Position numbers and translations under genes: made by a program. 37,742 bases of DNA. It comes from a virus. Its lineage: Duplodnaviria > Caudoviricetes. Positions 35,255 to 37,742 of this stretch are shown here, one piece after another (the stretch's first letter is position 1; each line of letters starts with the position of its first letter). The stretch lies in the IMG/VR virus record IMGVR_UViG_3300030493_000343, positions 1 through 37,742 of that record; one strand, given 5' to 3'. The notes beneath the pieces are model-generated. The model worked only from the letters and a program-made list of their open reading frames with translations, ran no database searches and was not told the origin of the DNA.

Positions 35255-35898
35255 TGATTGCTGATTAGTTCGAATTCATACGCGAAAACAAAGGGATTGG
35301 AATTCCATGTCCCCTTCCCGTTTATAGAATCAATAAGGGTGGCAAACGCTTCACGTGGGCTTTCATACTCTTTACCATCTCCATTTTTGTAACACACCGT
35401 GGCTGTCAGGACGCATCCCAAAGCAGGCTTTGCAACCTCTTTAAATTCAAATGTTATTCCTTCGTCCATGCAGTCTTCCTCTGAAATATCCTGGAGTCTC
35501 TCTACCCGAACGCCATTTATTTTGATGAAGTAACGCGCAGCGCTTTTGGGCATAAAGAGTTTGTTTTTCCACTCCACATTACCAAAATTCAGAAGAATGT
35601 TTTGCGGAGGATATTTATATGCAATATTGCCTTTTAGATCAATGCAATACGGTTCTTTGAGAAATACCGTTTCTCCGGGCTTGTAACGTGGCGAGATTCG
35701 CCACTCCATTTCGGTTCCAGGCTTTACGGTTCTCTCATTTTCATCAAGAGCGAATACCCCGGTTACCTGTCCTTTTTTATTTTTACTTACCTGTATGCCA
35801 AAGGCATTTTTAGGACAAGTAATTATTCTTCTTGTCTTTGTTTTATAGCCGTCCACTACTTTAGGGAATAACGACTGTTGAAAACATATCCCTTTCAT
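35251..35898 (-). CDS. ASCH/PUA-like phage protein
   Basis: GYKTKTRR, YKPGETVFLKE, FMPKSAAR, VRVERLQDISEEDCMDEG, WNSNPFVFAYEF. Confidence 0.8.
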   Translation of the reverse strand: MKGICFQQSLFPKVVDGYKTKTRRIITCPKNAFGIQVSKNKKGQVTGVFALDENERTVKPGTEMEWRISPRYKPGETVFLKEPYCIDLKGNIAYKYPPQNILLNFGNVEWKNKLFMPKSAARYFIKINGVRVERLQDISEEDCMDEGITFEFKEVAKPALGCVLTATVCYKNGDGKEYESPREAFATLIDSINGKGTWNSNPFVFAYEFELISNQ

Positions 35899-35923
35899 TG
35901 GTTATTGATTTAAAATTTGCGGG

Positions 35924-36799
35924 TTACAATTCATCGATGTACGTCCTCAATTGTTTCCGATATTCTTCCTGCTCGGTTTCTTGAGATTCAATCAGCTCGT
36001 CATACCGGGAATAATCGAATACTTCATCAATAGAGTCCTGACACATAGTTTGTAACATCTCAGGCTTTACGGCATCAAGTTCCACCTGTCCCAGGCCCGT
36101 CCAATTGGCAGTACGGCTATCTGATTCTTTGGCCGGAGCAGGAGGCAGGCCCCATTCAAGTACCTGGTCCTTCATTAATGCGATTCGTTTTAATTCGATA
36201 CTTTCGCAGCCTAACCGGATAATATTCTCCTGAATTGATCTCGGGATATCTTCACCGGAAGGATCGTAATCTCCGAAATATAATATTATTGGTGTTTTAC
36301 CCTGTCTTTCAGCTTCGCGAAATCTCGAAGTAGCTTCATTCAAAAATGTCAATGACGGGTACCCCTTGCATGCTCCCAGAGCGACCCTGTTTCGGATGCA
36401 TACACTTTGGAAAACTCCCTGTAAAGCTTTTTTTTCAATAAGTACTTCCGGATAGTATTGCTGATTTTCCCACCTATTTTTGAAGTAGTTTTTCATCCAC
36501 AAACCAATCTGATGCTTTGCCTCTTCTATAGAATCATCCAGATCGGTTCTCTCAAATTTTGTTTGCCCGATCATCGACCTGTCATGGTCAGAAAAAGCGT
36601 CAAAGTCAACAAGATCGCCCCAGCGGGCATCAATCATTGCTGATACTACTCTCTTGTAATGCTTCAGGGAATTTGTCATCCCAATGGATACAAGCTGGTA
36701 ATGAAGTCCTCTTAAGGTTAATATTCCCTTTTCGTAACGGTTAACTATTTCAATTGAATTCTTCGTAATCCATTCTTTACTAAAGATATCACGTGCCAT
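35924..36799 (-). CDS. Topo VI-A/Spo11-like winged-helix + TOPRIM protein
   Basis: LTLRGLHYQLV, EVLIEKKAL, KGYPS, YFGDYDPSG, RIAL, ELDA motifs. Confidence 0.8.
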   Translation of the reverse strand: MARDIFSKEWITKNSIEIVNRYEKGILTLRGLHYQLVSIGMTNSLKHYKRVVSAMIDARWGDLVDFDAFSDHDRSMIGQTKFERTDLDDSIEEAKHQIGLWMKNYFKNRWENQQYYPEVLIEKKALQGVFQSVCIRNRVALGACKGYPSLTFLNEATSRFREAERQGKTPIILYFGDYDPSGEDIPRSIQENIIRLGCESIELKRIALMKDQVLEWGLPPAPAKESDSRTANWTGLGQVELDAVKPEMLQTMCQDSIDEVFDYSRYDELIESQETEQEEYRKQLRTYIDEL

Positions 36800-36879
36800 A
36801 TTGCATTAATTTTTAATGTAAGAATTTCCCGTTCACCCTCCCGGATGGCAGTATTGAGTTATGTTGTTTCAGTTTGTGT

Positions 36880-36996
36880 TTAATCGCAGTCAGCCGGGTT
36901 GTACGGCTTCTTCTTTTGGTGAGCGCCCCGGTTAAAGGCAAGTACAAGGAAAAGTAATACCAGGTATGATATTACAATGCAGAATGCTGTTTTCAT
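36880..36996 (-). CDS. Small single-TM protein (38 aa; missing from the ORF track)
   Basis: MKTAFCIVISYLVLLFLVLAFNRGAHQKKKPYNPADCD*, just downstream of ssb. Confidence 0.5.
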   Translation of the reverse strand: MKTAFCIVISYLVLLFLVLAFNRGAHQKKKPYNPADCD

Positions 36997-37028
36997 AAGT
37001 TTTTGTGCGGTTTGATTGTGAATAATTA

Positions 37029-37460
37029 TCAAAACGGAAGGTCGTCGTTAGGATCAGGTTGAGACTCAAAAGTACTCACAGGCGTTCCGGATGCCGTTTT
37101 AGCTTCCGGTTTGGGCGTAGTGGCTGATTCATTTCGCCATTCCAGGATCTCAAACTCATCACTGATCACTTCCGTGGTGTAGTGCTTTACCCCGTTCTTG
37201 TCATCCCATGTCCGGGTTTTCAGTTTGCCAGATAAAAAGACTTTCATACCCTTGACGGCATACTTTTCAACGATCTCGGCCAGCTTTCCCCAAATGACGA
37301 CGTTGTGCCAGTCGGTTGTCGTGATTTTCTCCCCGGTTTTTGAGGTATAGCCGTCATCCGTAGCCAGGGAAAAGGTTGCTACGGTGATACCCGTGTCAAG
37401 TCTTCTGATAGTGGGATCCTGACCCAATCTTCCGATCAGGATAACTTTGTTTACACTCAT
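37029..37460 (-). CDS. ssb: Single-stranded DNA-binding protein
   Basis: MSVNKVILIGRLGQDP...DWHNVVIWGKLAE...acidic DDLPF tail. Confidence 0.97.
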   Translation of the reverse strand: MSVNKVILIGRLGQDPTIRRLDTGITVATFSLATDDGYTSKTGEKITTTDWHNVVIWGKLAEIVEKYAVKGMKVFLSGKLKTRTWDDKNGVKHYTTEVISDEFEILEWRNESATTPKPEAKTASGTPVSTFESQPDPNDDLPF

Positions 37461-37476
37461 GATTGATTTTAAATGT

Positions 37477-37740
37477 TTATGATTTTTTTTCTTTCTTCAA
37501 TTCAGATTCAACCTTTTTTTTGAGGTTTTCATAGTCCTTTGCCTCTTTTTCCTTATCCTGGATTTCGATAAAGTATTTTGCTCGTTCTCTCCGGAATTCC
37601 CGGCAAATGATCAGTATTTGGGTTGCATCGATCCGGTTGTAAAACGGGGCATAATGACCGTTCTTGATCCGCTTAAAGAGAAGGGTTAATTCAGCAAGGT
37701 TTAACATGTAGATTTCATCGTACATGTAAGAGGCGAGTTC
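37477..37740 (-). CDS. Phage replication-region protein (DUF6633-like), 5' truncated by the window
   Basis: LNLAELTLLFKRIKNGHYAPFYNRID; the frame is open to the window edge. Confidence 0.65.
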   Translation of the reverse strand, partial: ELASYMYDEIYMLNLAELTLLFKRIKNGHYAPFYNRIDATQILIICREFRRERAKYFIEIQDKEKEAKDYENLKKKVESELKKEKKS

Positions 37741-37742
37741 GA

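Larger units (their letters stand above)
2986..37742. mobile_element. Prophage (podovirus-like, polyvalent-protein type) integrated at tRNA-Asn; extends past the right end
   Basis: Terminase, portal, capsid, lysis, tailspike and SSB genes begin immediately after the tRNA. att-like repeats at the junction. No tape measure or tail tube seen. Confidence 0.93.

Noticed and set aside
1-37742. CRISPR array, DGR or IS element
   Set aside because: No regularly spaced repeat array, reverse transcriptase, TR/VR pair or transposase was seen by eye.

Overview
Bacteroidota chromosome segment (TAnnTTTG-type promoters). Positions 1-2985 are host: the 5' part of a polyprenyl synthetase, an MMPL/RND transporter and tRNA-Asn(GTT). 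From the tRNA 3' end to the window end lies a temperate, podovirus-like prophage; no integrase, tape measure or tail-tube gene is visible in the window. It encodes a small terminase-like gene, two ejection-type proteins, a 3124-aa polyvalent virion protein (InPase, tandem JAB, LPD3-like, ART-like and LPD38-like domains), portal, a divergent operon with a rhomboid intramembrane protease, scaffold, a major capsid protein carrying an N-terminal membrane segment, a beta-helix tailspike, holin/lysozyme/spanin, large terminase, a YefM/YoeB toxin-antitoxin pair, a tail stabilisation protein, morons and early genes (DnaA-domain-IV-like, ASCH-like, TOPRIM, SSB). The three most interesting signals are: (1) hidden transcription units inside the polyvalent gene, namely a promoter-to-terminator antisense structured RNA right after the RNase-like LPD3 domain and +1-frame mini-ORFs before the enzymatic domains, which may be nested immunity/antitoxin genes; (2) a phage rhomboid next to a membrane-anchored capsid protein; (3) a DnaA-box-like motif TTTTCGACAT at virion operon boundaries, with a phage-encoded stand-alone DnaA DNA-binding domain. 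All family assignments come from motif recognition by eye, not from database searches.
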